Shown: positions 12,046 to 23,885 of the stretch, piece by piece
Layout of the letters: each line of letters starts with the position of its first letter
How positions within the stretch are numbered: position 1 is the stretch's first letter
Source of the DNA: Callorhinchus milii
Taxonomy: Eukaryota
DNA: 64,000 nucleotides
Direction: 5' to 3'
Assembly: GCF_018977255.1 (NCBI RefSeq)
Contig: NW_024704743.1
Coordinates: 38,690,001-38,754,000, forward strand
The notes under the pieces: model-generated
The model's database searches: none
What the model was told of the DNA's origin: nothing
Seen by the model: the letters and a program-made list of their open reading frames with translations, nothing else
Position numbers and translations under genes: made by a program

Positions 12046-13374
12046 TTAGGATTTAGACCTTGTATGAGAGGTTATGATATACAACTTGTTGTTGGTAATT
12101 ATGCACCGGTAACATGGATTACTGGGTCCCTGTGCTGGTGGGTACATTTGTGTATAATCATATGGGGAAGTTCCTGAATTACCATTAATCTCGTGTTCAT
12201 GGGGGTGTGGGGGGAGGGGTGGTGGGGTGTGTGTGGAGGAGAGTCACATTTGAGCACAGAAGTGGTTTGCCCCATGAGTTCCAGTTTAAGCGCATGTAAA
12301 AGAAGTGAGGACATCTGCATAGAAAGTGGACGTGCACATTCCACTCAATAGTCCATTATACTGAAGAACATCAGCTCAATAAGTTGAATGCTGGGAGGCC
12401 TCTGCGCATTGCAAAATTGTGCAACATCAGGGGAAAACTTGAACCAGGGTTGGCATTGGTCCAAAATAATAGAGCACTTGTTGAATGAAAGGAAAGATCA
12501 CTAGAAAACGGGGTTATACCACAAACTTTTACTTCACAAGTCTGTGTTTTCAATGAGTTCTCCTTACAATTTTATCATTTTAATAGTATATAGCAATTTC
12601 TCTCAACACACTCACACACACAAAACCCAGATTGTCCTGCCACTCTTGGGATCTTAGCAATTGTATGCGCTTGCTGGCATTTGATCAAGCTTCTCCTTTT
12701 AACTGCTCCATTCTGTGCAGAGGGAACAAGACATCTCTTTCACAGATGAAACCCTTGTGATCGATGCTGCAAAGTAGTGCTTTAACTGCACTAACAATAA
12801 AAGTAGCGTTAAACAAAAGATGTTTCCTTCAATTCAATCGTTCACTAATTGATTTGCTTAGCATCCTTCGCAACTTGCAACAATTCAAATATGTTTTTAC
12901 AACATTAATGCTACAAAATAAATGTTTATATGCTCTTGCGATTAACCAAGAGTAAGAAACTTCTATTAAAAATATAGCAACTCATGATGGAATTGTGTGT
13001 CAGTAGCTCCAATGACCCATGCTGCTACAGTGAAAGGCTCCACACAATAAGGTCCCAATTGAGAACTGGTGCTGAGCAATGTCAATCCACTCACTTCTTC
13101 ACAAAGAGAAAGGTTGGTATTGGTACACGGGCCTTCGCCACTCTATACCTCTCTTAGCAGTTGTGTCAACAGCAGTAATGAGCACTGGGAATAATATAAT
13201 GTGTGTCATATTTGATGTAGTGTTTTACCATATCATCAAATGTCTCAAAATCGGTTCATAGGATTTACCATAAAGTATAGTGACTGTATTCTGTAGGTGA
13301 CATTGTAGTGGGCAAGTGTCACCTACAAAATAGATGCAGATGCAGTTTGGGGTTTGCCTACTACTATGTCCCAA

Positions 13375-13684
13375 AATAATAATAATAATAATAATTCTTG
13401 CATTTGATATAGCGCCTTATCACGTCTTCGAGATGGCTCAAAGCGCTTCACAGAATATACTGTTAAGCGAATCGACTGTATATATTGTGGGCAAAATGTG
13501 GCAGCTAATTGCGCTCAGCAGTATCCCACAAACAGTTGCCGATTGAGTGACTACGATTTTTGGGGTGGAAGGATTATTACTCCCAGAAAGCAATCTGTCA
13601 ATCGACTATCAACCAGGTTTCTAGTAGTTACTAGGTAAACAGAAGCGTGTGGAGTAAGGGAACATGCCCAAAGTTTCGCCCCCC
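13375..13684 (-). mobile_element. SINE family A long form, 5'-truncated (copy 1 of the duplication)
   Basis: (AAT)n, ttgcatttgatatagcgcc...tggagtaagggaac; cccaaaa on both sides is the likely TSD. Confidence 0.9.
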
Positions 13685-13698
13685 AAAACAGTCATGAG

Positions 13699-14476
13699 CT
13701 GTCCTTTCTCCCTCACATCCGCACCACAACTGGCACCGCCTTCCATCACCTCCGGAACATCGCCAGACTACGGCATTACCTCACCCCTCACGCTGCTGAA
13801 ACCCTGGTTCACGCCTTTGTCACCTCAAGGCTGGACTATGGGAACTCTCTCCTCGTCGGCCTTCCCGCCACCTCCCTCCACAAGCTGCAGGTCATTCAGA
13901 ACTCTGCAGCTCGTGTACTGTCCCGCACCAGGCTTCGGGACCACATCACTCCCACCCTCGCTCGCCTCCACTGGCTCCCCATCCCCCAGAGGATTGATTT
14001 CAAGATCCTCATCCTCACCTACAAGGCCATTCACGGCCTTGCTCCCTCCTACCTCTCCAACCTACTATCCCCCTACCTACCTGCCCGTACCCTCCGTTCC
14101 TCTGGCTCCTGTCTGCTCCACGTCCCCCGCCCCAACCGCCCCACCATCGGTGGTCGGGCCTTCAGCCTCTCAGCCCCCAGGCTCTGGAACTCTATCCCCC
14201 AGTGCCTTTGCCGCTTCCTCCCTTTCCTCCTTCAAGGCCGGTCTCAAAACCTTTCTCTTTGACCGTGCCTTCAGCTCCCCTCTCGACTCTCTTCCCCCTC
14301 CTCGCTCCCTCCCTTCCCTCCCCTCACCCTGACCATTTCCCCCTCCTCTTCCCTCCCTTCCCTCCCCTCACCCTGACCATTTCCCCCCTGCTCGGGTCAT
14401 GACCCAACTGTGCAGCGCCTTGGGACGTCCTCCTGACGTGAAAGGCGCTTTATAAATGGAATCTTGTTGTTGTTGT
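13699..14476 (+). mobile_element. Young L2 LINE, 5'-truncated
   Basis: About 98% identical by eye to 46799-47579; stem-loop and (TTG)n tail. Confidence 0.95.
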
Positions 14477-14796
14477 TGTCCCAAAATAATAATAATAATA
14501 ATAATTCTTGTATTTGATATAGCGCCTTATCACGTCTTCGAGATGGCTCAAAGCGCTTCACAGAATATACTGTTAAGCGAATCGACTGTATATATGTGGC
14601 AGCTAATTGCGCTCAGCAGTATCCCACAAACAGTTGCCGATTGAGTGACTACGATTTTTGAGGTGGAAGGATTATCACTCCCAGAAAGCAATCTGTCAAT
14701 CGACTATCAACCAGGTTTCTAGTAGTTACTAGGTAAACAGAAGGGTGTGGAGTAAGGGAACATGCCCAAAGTTTCGCCCCAAAAAACAGTCATGAG
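14477..14796. repeat. Second copy of the approximately 330-bp direct duplication of 13367-13698 (contains SINE A)
   Basis: Differs from copy 1 by about 6 substitutions and one 12-bp deletion. Confidence 0.95.
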
Positions 14797-15000
14797 GTGA
14801 ATAATCAATTTTAATCTGAACGATTGTTGGCCAGAACACTGGGGAAAATAACCTATTTTTGAAGAATGCCATGATAACTTTAACATCCACCTGAACAGCC
14901 AGATGGGTCCTCGATTTAGCCTCTGATCAAAAGGGTGGCTCCCCCAGCAGTATATTGGAGTGACATCCTATGATCTTACAATTCTGATGTAGATTTTGAA

Positions 15001-16265
15001 GATGGTGCATTTGTATGGAGCCTTTCACGTCAGGGTGTGCACCAAGTTGCAGTTCGGGAGGGATGGGGGGGGTGAGGGAGATAGCTGAAGGCATGGTCAA
15101 AGAGGAAGATCTTGAGGTAGACCTTGAAGGAGGTGAGAGAAGGAAAGAGTCAAAGGGACTCCAGGATGGAATTCCAGAGAGTGGGAGCAGATAGGCTAAA
15201 AATGATGGTGGGTCAGGTAAGTCAGGGCACATGAAACAGGCCGATGCCTATTTAGCAGAGGGAGCGGTCAGGTTTGTATGGTTTGAAAAGGTCGCAGAGA
15301 TAGGGTGGAGCAAGACTATGGAGGGATTTCAAAGTTGGGAGGAGGATCTTGAACTCAATACACTGGGGCTTGAGGAGCCAGTGGAAACTTGCAAGGATGA
15401 GAATAATAGGCTTGCGGAGCCTAATTAGGGAAAGGATATGGATTGCAGAGTTCTGGATAGTCTTCAGCTTGTGAAGGAAAGTGGTGGGCCATCCGGCAAG
15501 CAGGGAATTAGCATAGTCAAGACTAAACATGATGAAAGAGTGATTCTTGTCAGCCAGTGGGGAGAGTTGGGCGGAGGTGGGCAATGTTACAGAGGTGAGG
15601 GATAGCTGAACAGGTCAGGGCATGGATCTGGGGTTTAAGGCATATTTGGAAGCCAAACAAGAGACTGAGATTCTGCACTGGTACCATGGGGTGGAGTGCA
15701 TCCATATAGATAGATGTCATCTATGGATGCACACTTTGCATCGTGGAGCCAGATGTTCTTGTGGAGTCCTGTAGCATATCATATTGGTTAGAGCACTCGC
15801 CTCGCAAAAGAGAGGACCTGGGTTTGATTCTCCTCAAGGCGAAACGTTGGGCAAGTTTCCTTACTCTGCACGCCTTGTTTACTTAGCAGTAAATAGGAAC
15901 CCAGTTGTTGGCCGATTGGCAGATCGCTTTTCAGGGGGTAATAATCCCTTCAAATATATATATATTTTTTAAAATGATAAAAGTTTGGTCACTTAGTCCA
16001 CAGCTGTTTGTGAGACACTGCTTTGCGCAATTGACAGCCGCGTTTTGCCCACAAACTATACGTCAATTCACTTTGCAGTATATTCTGTGAAGCGCTTTGA
16101 GATATCTCAAAAACGTGATATGGCGCTATATCAAATACAAACATTATTATTATGATGTCAGCATCTGAGGTGAGAAGGTGCTGATGGAAGCCAAGCAGGA
16201 GAGTCTTTCTTGTTAACATTCAACTGGAGAAAATTAGAGCCCCTCCAGGATGTAAGGATGGGACA
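15001..16265 (-). mobile_element. Old L2 LINE interrupted by SINE A
   Basis: ORF 15252..15584 reads LDYANSLLAG...IEFKILL; resumes at 16154 with NFLQLNV-like DNA. Confidence 0.85.
15761..16153 (+). mobile_element. SINE family A long form
   Basis: gtggagtcctgtagc head; TSD gatgtca at 15713-15719 and 16154-16160. Confidence 0.9.
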
Positions 16266-16309
16266 TGTAAGTATGTGGATAGAACGTTCACTACAAGGAA
16301 CACAATAAC

Positions 16310-16560
16310 TCCACTATACTATGTAGGTGAAGCGATTTGAGACATCCATCCAATGCAGAAGACTCTATATCAAATATAAGGATTATTATTATTATGGTGG
16401 GTGCACGTGTATATAGATAGTGCATGCATGTGTGTGGATGGTGACTTTCCACTTCGACAGTGCCTTTAGTTACCTCCCCTCCCTTTTCAGCGTGGCGTTA
16501 AGCCACGATGCTGTTAAGTGCTCTGGGCCCTGTATAAATGCAAGTTGTTTGGGTTGTTGT
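16310..16560 (+). mobile_element. SINE tail fragment (16310-16395) and L2 3' tail fragment (16452-16560)
   Basis: tatatcaaatataaggattattatt; ttcgacagtgcctt...ataaatgcaagttgtt. Confidence 0.55.
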
Positions 16561-17574
16561 AGTGAACACGTGTGTGGATGTGAGCTGAAGACAAGATTGG
16601 GCTCAGCTGAGATGCCCTCGCACAGTCAGTTAGGCTGCAGACACTCACTGTCCAGGCTCACACATAAAGAACGGCTAATTGGTTGAAGAACCAGAAAGTG
16701 GCCGGCATCTGTAAATCAGTTCACAGCATGACACAAAAACTGCAGGGTAGAAAATTTCATTTTAACTAAAAAAGAATGCAAAAAGAATCACATTGTTGAT
16801 GCTGGTGAAATCATCCAATTGCATGCGTAGGGGTATAAACTATGACTTCTGATAAAATATTTGATGCATGATATATTGAATCTGTTATGAAATGTCACAT
16901 TTTTCACCCCATATTTGTGCTGTTGTGCCAAGGTGAAAATGTTTCCTGTCGTGTTTACACTTGTTGCGAAATCAGTCTTTTCCAATTAAAAGCTGCTGTG
17001 CCTGACAATGCGAAAGTGTAATTTCAATACACTAACACTTCATTTAAGCCAGACAACCGGTCTGTATTTACAGAGCATTTCAGGGATCAGAAGGAGAAGA
17101 TACATTTTTAATTTAAAATAGATGCTGCAGAGTATTAAAAAATGATTTTTTGGCAGAATGAGTGCACTTTGCGAAAACATTATCCATGAGCACTTTCAAA
17201 TTGCATGGTAACCCTTAAAGGAACATTCCTTCACAAATGTGCTTGCCAAAAACTAACATTCATATGAAAGTGTTTGGCAGTAATAACTCAAACATAATGC
17301 AGTGAGTTCGTACTTGCTGAGATAACTGCTGTATTTGTTTTTATTAAAAAAAACTATAAATAGGCAACTACCTAGTGCAGTGGATTAATGTGCTTTGTCA
17401 TTCTGTTCTGGGACCTGGATTTAAATCAGGTTCAGATGTGATGGGACTAAACTTAAGTAAATCGTTTGCTATGGTGAAAGGTTCAACTACTGTACATTGG
17501 CTACAGGATTAAAAAGTCAGCAAGAACTTTATCACTCCTAGACTAAGCGACTGGCCGATTAAGTTGCCAAGGAG

Positions 17575-17722
17575 GGCTATTAAAGAAGATCATATATCTT
17601 TGGGTGCAAGAGGGAAATAGAAGTGTTTCTGAAGAGAGAGGGAATTGAGGAATATAAGTCAAATAAGACAAGTTGATCTATCATAAAAGCGACTCAGTTG
17701 TTGTACCTAATGGGCTTTCTGT
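17575..17722 (+). mobile_element. CR1 3' remnant
   Basis: caagagggaaatagaagtgtttctgaagagagagggaattgaggaatat encodes KREIEVFLKREGIEEY. Confidence 0.5.
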
Positions 17723-18163
17723 TACTAGATATTCTTAAATTCAGTATTTCTGTCTCCTCGTCCTTTGTGAAACGGACCTTTCATATGAGAGTTAGTGTTT
17801 GGCAAATTCTTGTCCTTTGAGTGTCTCAACCCAATGCCGGGTTGGATAGGTAACTGGTGCTGGAAGTCAAAGCATTCACACTGGCTCAGGAGGGGGTGTC
17901 CTTCTGAAGTGTGTGTATGTATTGGGGGTGGGGGGTGCTGGGGGGGTACAGGTTTACTCAGCATCTATGTAATGTTACCTGACCTGGGAGTGCTTGCGGG
18001 TGCTAATACTAGGGATAGGGAGGAGAAGTGTTTCTCATTTATTTCATTTGCCTTAATATCTTTCAGTTTAAGCAACACAAATTTACCCCCAAAATGTAAA
18101 AAGATATATACATTTGGTATGAATAAACATAAAGAAAGGTGTTTTTCTTCTCCTGTGGCCAGA

Positions 18164-18384
18164 TTAATAATAATCCCTCCAAAAAAACAAAACAATAATA
18201 AATTGGTCATTTTCAATCTACGACTGTTGGTGGGACATTGCTGTGCGCAATTAGCTGCCGCGTTCGCCCACAAATATACAGTCAATTCACTTTACAGTGT
18301 GTTCTGTGAAGCGCTTTGGGACGTCCTCCTGACGTGAAAAGCGCTATATCAAATGCAAGGATTATTAGGATTATTATTATTATT
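18164..18384 (+). mobile_element. SINE family A short (young) form, 5'-truncated
   Basis: Near-identical to 35452-35668 and 58333-58543. Confidence 0.92.
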
Positions 18385-18649
18385 AGCTATTTTGATTGGA
18401 TGTTGGTGAAAGTCTTTCCAAACCTGAACTTCTTTGTTGTGATGGGATTAGTCTCATTCAGAAGGACCATCAGAGAGCAGTGAAGTAATGTGTTTGGGAA
18501 GGTTGGCTAGTGAGGGAATGAGCAGGCAGCCGACCTGACAAAGTCTTTAACAAAGCATTGGAGAAGGCTGCATCTTGGAGCAGGACCCATGAAATTGAAA
18601 GTAAAAATGTTGATTTCTTATGGATAATAAACCTAATATCTTATTCTCG

Positions 18650-19420
18650 TAATAATAATCATAATCATTGCATTTGATGTAACGCCTTCCTCATCATCAA
18701 GATGTCTCAAAGTACTTTCTGGGGTTTACAATAAAGTGTAGTGACTGATATGTAGGCAAAGTTGGCAGCCAATGTGCACATAGCAATGTCCCATAATAAC
18801 AATAACAACAACTTGCATTTTTTTTGTAGCACCCTTTATGCAGGATAGCAATTGGAGCATTGCACAGTGGCAGGTTGGACACTGAGCAAGGGAGGGAACA
18901 ATAGGCGAGGTTGAAGAGGTAATCTTAAGGCAGGATTTAAAGATAGGTAAAGAGGGGTGAAGCTGAGGCAGGGAGTTCCAGAAGTTAGAGGTTTAGTGAC
19001 AAGAGGCACAGCCTCCGATAGTGGTGCAGAGGGATCGGAGAACGTTGCAGAAGGCCTGTGTCCATTGAGCAAAAGGGAAGAACAGACAGTGGAGTGGAGC
19101 ACGTGAGAGAGGTAGGGAAGTGCTAGGGTGTGAAGGGATTTGTTGGTGATGGTGAGAAAGTTTAAATCGATCATTTTGGAGACGGGGTTGGTTCTATTGG
19201 AGCCAGGTGAGGATTGGGGTGAATGGGGATGTGGTGAATAACCTATTTTTATCTGGAGGATTGTTGGGCAAGACACCCTTCTCTTTTCGAATGGTGCTGT
19301 GTGATCTTTAACGTCCGCGTGAACAGCTAGCACGGGATCTTAGTTTAACGTCTCTTCTGAAGGACGGCACTTCCAACAATGCAACTCTCCCCAGCACTGC
19401 ATTGGAGTTTCTAATTATTA
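18650..19420 (-). mobile_element. SINE family B interrupted by an old L2 (about 18795-19235, minus strand)
   Basis: SINE tail at 18650-18792 and body at 19245-19420; the middle encodes KSLHTLALPYLS-like L2 C-terminus with a (CAA)-type tail. Confidence 0.75.
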
Positions 19421-20164
19421 TGTAGTATGATTTTGAATCATAATGAAAAGTATCGTATTATGTTAAGCATATTATTACAAACAATGCACAAATGTAATGT
19501 GGAAACAGAGCGGAACATCAGCACTATGAATAAATTGGCGCTCCCGTCCGACTGGTTGGTGCAGGCTCAAAATTAAATCAAATTAATTTCCTTAAGCTGC
19601 TGAGGATATACTTTGGCTCTGGAGTTTTAATTCCATTATAAATAGAATCCTGTTAAATCCTGTGTAGGGATTTGAACATATCTCATCAGAGTAACGCTTT
19701 ATGCGCAGGCACATAGTTTGTGGACTCACATGCCAGAGGCTGGAAATCGCAATTAAGAGACACTCACGTCATGGTGTTTTCTCAACATGATACTATATGG
19801 AGACGTCAGTCTGAAAAGTACATTTTGTTTGCTCTGAAAGTAAGCACCTTTTGTTTCCTTTCCCACAATGAATATAAAACTATTATTGGATCCCATATCT
19901 TTACCGGAATAGAGGGGCAGGTAGTCTCCAGGGATACAGCTGTGAACGTTGGAAGCTCGGTGAGAGTCCTCAGTCTGTGAATGTAATACGTGCTGTAGTT
20001 AGAGGCTAGAAGTCAGCTGGGTGTTTCTTCTTTGTTTTGACTTTCTGAGTGGAAAAGCAGACGCATTCGATGGACTGTTGCCAGTCGCTAGCAAAAATTC
20101 AATGGAGAGCTTTGTCACCAAGTGCATATTTTGTCAATGCCGACTGGCACGGACTGGTGTCACT

Positions 20165-20365
20165 GAAACATAGAAAAAGAATCATAGAAATTTTCAGCGC
20201 AGAGGATTTAACCCATTATGTGTGCCAGCTGAGGACACCTCACCTGCATTTTTAAGTTGCCCGATTTCATTACTCTCAGTTTCCAGCTCTTCCCCATTAC
20301 CACTTGTCGTTTTTCCCGCTCAAAAGCTTATCCAGTTCCATTTTGAATGATTCTATTGATCCAGC
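20165..20365 (-). mobile_element. CR1 3' fragment
   Basis: aacatagaaaaagaatcatagaa tail and ttatccagttccattttgaatg. Confidence 0.55.
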
Positions 20366-20372
20366 CTCAATA

Positions 20373-20553
20373 TGTAATCCTTGCATTTCGATACAGTCCA
20401 TGCTGTCGAAATACCTCAAAGGATTTCACAGGATTTACAATAGATTGTGGTGAATGTGTATTTTAAGTGAAAGTGATAGCCAATTAAGCACAGAAATGTC
20501 CCACAAACAGCCATGACACAAATTTATTTGAAGGATTGTTAAGCGGGACACCT
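20373..20553 (-). mobile_element. SINE family B fragment
   Basis: aatccttgcattt...aatgtcccacaaacagccatga. Confidence 0.7.
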
Positions 20554-20859
20554 GAGGAAACTTCCAAGTGGGGTTACTACAAGGTTCTGAATGGCCACTT
20601 GTATTGAATTTCAAACTCCAAAAATCGTGTGAATGAAGAAATTGCTTGATTCCATACTTAATATGGAACATTATGAAAATTCTGTCACAGAGACATCATC
20701 CCTTTCAGCCCACATACATAATAGTGTACATTTTAAAGCAGGAAAATCCATATCAATTGTAAGGAATACCGTGAAAGTAACTTGCTTTTTGACATTTATA
20801 ATAATAATCCTTGCTTTTGATATAGCACCAAAATGTCTCAAATTTACAAGATTTCAAGA

Positions 20860-21215
20860 TTGGTTGGGATGATGGTTCAGTCTTCCAAAATGGCAAACCT
20901 ACCATTCACCCATTACTGCATCAAGCTGCTTTTTAAATGAGTAGCACCTTTTCTGGTAACCTGTTTCAGTTGTCGATTATCTCCTGAGTAAAGAAAAATA
21001 TCCTGGTATCTGTCTTAAAATTGCCCTTTACAAGTCTAAAACCTATGTTCTCTTGTTCTACAGTCTGGTTCCTAAAGTATTGATCTGGATTTACCTTTTC
21101 GAACACATTAAAAATGTTGTACACCTCTATGAAGTCCTCTCAGAGTCATCTTCTCTCGAGAGTGAAGAGCTCTATCTTGTCTGCTCATTGCTCATAGCTG
21201 ATTCCTCTAACATCC
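20860..21215 (-). mobile_element. CR1 ORF2 3' fragment
   Basis: Minus strand reads gaaaaggtaaatccag...aagggcaattttaagacagatacc; same family as 49 kb and 58.6 kb. Confidence 0.7.
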
Positions 21216-22335
21216 TTGTGACTGATGGTGTGTATACTCAATAAAAGGGTTGTGTCTGACCGCGTGTTTTTCTGGATGATCCCTCGTAACTTCCTGTTCC
21301 CTGGCTTTTGCCTGCTGGTTAGTGGGATCATGGCCGTTTGTTAAATAAATTACTCAGACATCCTGCTAACTGCACCATAGCTGCAATCCAACAGCTGGAG
21401 GTGAAATGCACAGCCTGGCTTTTTGGACGTCACAATTGAGAGCTCTGCTGGGGGGAGGCGGAAAGGGCTCTGGATTGTCATGTAAAATGGAGGCCGTGAT
21501 TTGTCGGGGCGCCAAAAAGCATAAAACATCCACATGTTTAAAAACTTTGTTGGTCTTAAATGGAATTTACAAACTAAATTTCACTGGGTAGTAACCGTCG
21601 GGATCCATTCACAGGGCGCTTGGGAATTATTAATGGGGGTGTTCAGAAATTTCCCAATTTCCCATAGACCCAGTCCTCCCCCGAGGAGGAGCAGAATGAC
21701 GCTCTCCTCCCCCACCTCACATTTTTTAACATTTCATCTTTTTTCAAAACATCGAATATCAAAAATGTATGATTTAACAATCTGGACACCCCACTGTGTT
21801 AAGAATTTAGAATGTATTTGTTCAATTGCTTCCGCAATGAAGTTTATATAAGTGAGCAAATCTGTACTGTTACTAGTTGACGATGTGAGTCATTGATCTG
21901 CTTCAGATAAAATGGTTGCTCAACATTACCAAGTGCATCACACTGCAGGATTAAAAGAAGTGATCCTCAAGTCCATGCGGGGATAAAGAGAACGAGAAAT
22001 GAGGTTACCCAGAACATTAACCAGAGACTCTTATGAGTAACTTTTACAAAAATGTTATACATTCACTTATCTTTTCTCAAAGGAAGCCGTGCTGTTAAAT
22101 AAATGAGTCAAATCTGTATCCGCCACGTTACAGCCTTTTTTAAGTGGAGCTTTATACTCTCAGGCCACCAAAGGCTATTTACTGTACAGTGTCTCTACAT
22201 GCCTTCACTAAGGGACATGTTTCAAAATCCGCTTTGTCTGTGTCCTTGGTTTGGGTGAATAAGATTCAAAAAATGTATGTCAGGCATGTTTTATAGTTTG
22301 TTCCTTACATTTGCGGCTATGTTGTTTACAATCAA

Positions 22336-22760
22336 GTGTTAGTTTGGCTCAGTTGGTAGCACTCTGACCTCTGGGTCAGAAGGTTGTGAGTTTCAGCCCC
22401 AAGTCGGTACTTTGAGTTCACAGTCGAGGCTGACCCTGTAATTCAGTCATGGCCGTGTGCTGTATTGTTGGATGTTTTGTCTTTTGGGTGATGTTAAACC
22501 GAGGTCCCAGCTGTTTCTTCTGATTGATGTAAAAGATCCTATGACACTATTCAAAAAACAGTGCAGGAAGTTTCTCCTGGTGTCCTGGACAGCAATCTGC
22601 CAAATTCAATTGGTAGCTACTTATGGACATTGCTGTGTAGAAATTGGCTGCCTCAATCGTCCTCCGAAAACAGTCACTAGACTTTACAGAAATTTTCTGA
22701 ATCGCTTTGAGATGTTATAGGCCCTATATCAAATGCAAAGATGATGATGATTATTATTAT
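22336..22760 (+). mobile_element. SINE family B, near full length
   Basis: tggctcagttggtagcactc head, Deu-type core, tail. Confidence 0.88.
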
Positions 22761-22985
22761 AACCGCTTTCAAACCTACCACCCCATTGCTCCCTCTGATC
22801 AACAAACACAGGCTCATTTTATATACCTTCCACCAAATCTGCTCCGCCAGGCAAGGAAAATTCCAGTTTGGATAGTGGGGTGTACGGTTCTGGCAACTGT
22901 CAGAGTATGGAATACTGCCCACCACAGGAAATATCACAACCCATACAGTTTTCCTCATTAGAATGAATAATGTATTGCACAAGAT

Positions 22986-23388
22986 GTGTCAGCCTGGCTC
23001 AGTTGGTAGCACTCTCGCCTCAGTAGGTTGTGGGTTCAAGCTTCACATCAGGACTTCAAAGTCATAGTCTAGACTGACAGTCCAATGCAGTGCTGATGGT
23101 ATGCTGCATTATTGAGGTGTTTCCTTTGGATGAAACATTACATTGAGGTCCTCTCTGCCTGTCCAGATGGACATTAAAGATCCTACAGTACTATTCTAAA
23201 AGAGAAGGGAGTTTCTCCTGGTCACTTACTTCATGCTTATTTGTGGGACATCGCTGTGTGCAAATTGACTGCCGTGTTTGCCTACAGCTACACAATCACT
23301 ACTCCTCACAGTAAAATCCTTTGAAGCACTATGAGATGTCTCAATGATATGATAAAGCCTTATATTAAATCCAATGATTATTATTATA
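22986..23388 (+). mobile_element. SINE family B, near full length
   Basis: tggctcagttggtagcactctcgcc, ggttcaagc, core, tail. Confidence 0.88.
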
Positions 23389-23557
23389 TAAGATCATGCC
23401 AATGTGTTCACTTTAACGAGCAATAAATTGGCTGAAAGGAAAAGTTAGATTTCTTTTGGCTGACTGACAAGACTTTGTGGAAAACATATATGATTTCTGA
23501 TTTTAACTGAAAGCTGTGATCATTTGCACATTCTTCCATGCCCCAATTCTTTACAAA

Positions 23558-23885
23558 GATTTAAGAAGTATGTACAGCACGGAAACAGTCCATTCAGCCG
23601 ATCCAGTGCATGCCAGTGTTTATACTCCACGTGAGTCTTCACCCACTCCTTATTCCCTCTCACACCTTTCTATTCCCCTCTCCCTCATGTGAAGGTCTGG
23701 CTTCATCCTGGATGTATCTATACCATCTGATGGTATGGATAAAGTCACGTCCTTGCCATCACCACTTTGGGCTGCAAGTTCCACTACACTCTATGTGATC
23801 TTACTACCTTTCGGATCCCCTAGTTGCTATCTTTTACTGGTTACAGACTCCCCGACCAGTGGGAATAGCCTATTTATGCTATCCA
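23558..23885 (-). mobile_element. CR1 3' fragment
   Basis: acagcacggaaacagtccattcagccg...caagttccac...; similar to 4050-4385. Confidence 0.65.

Larger units (their letters stand above)
13190..15000 (-). mobile_element. SINE family B acting as host, split by SINE A and L2 insertions
   Basis: Tail at 13190-13372 and body at 14786-15000 join as tgtcccaaaacagtcatgaggtgaat, the diverged SINE B core. Confidence 0.75.
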
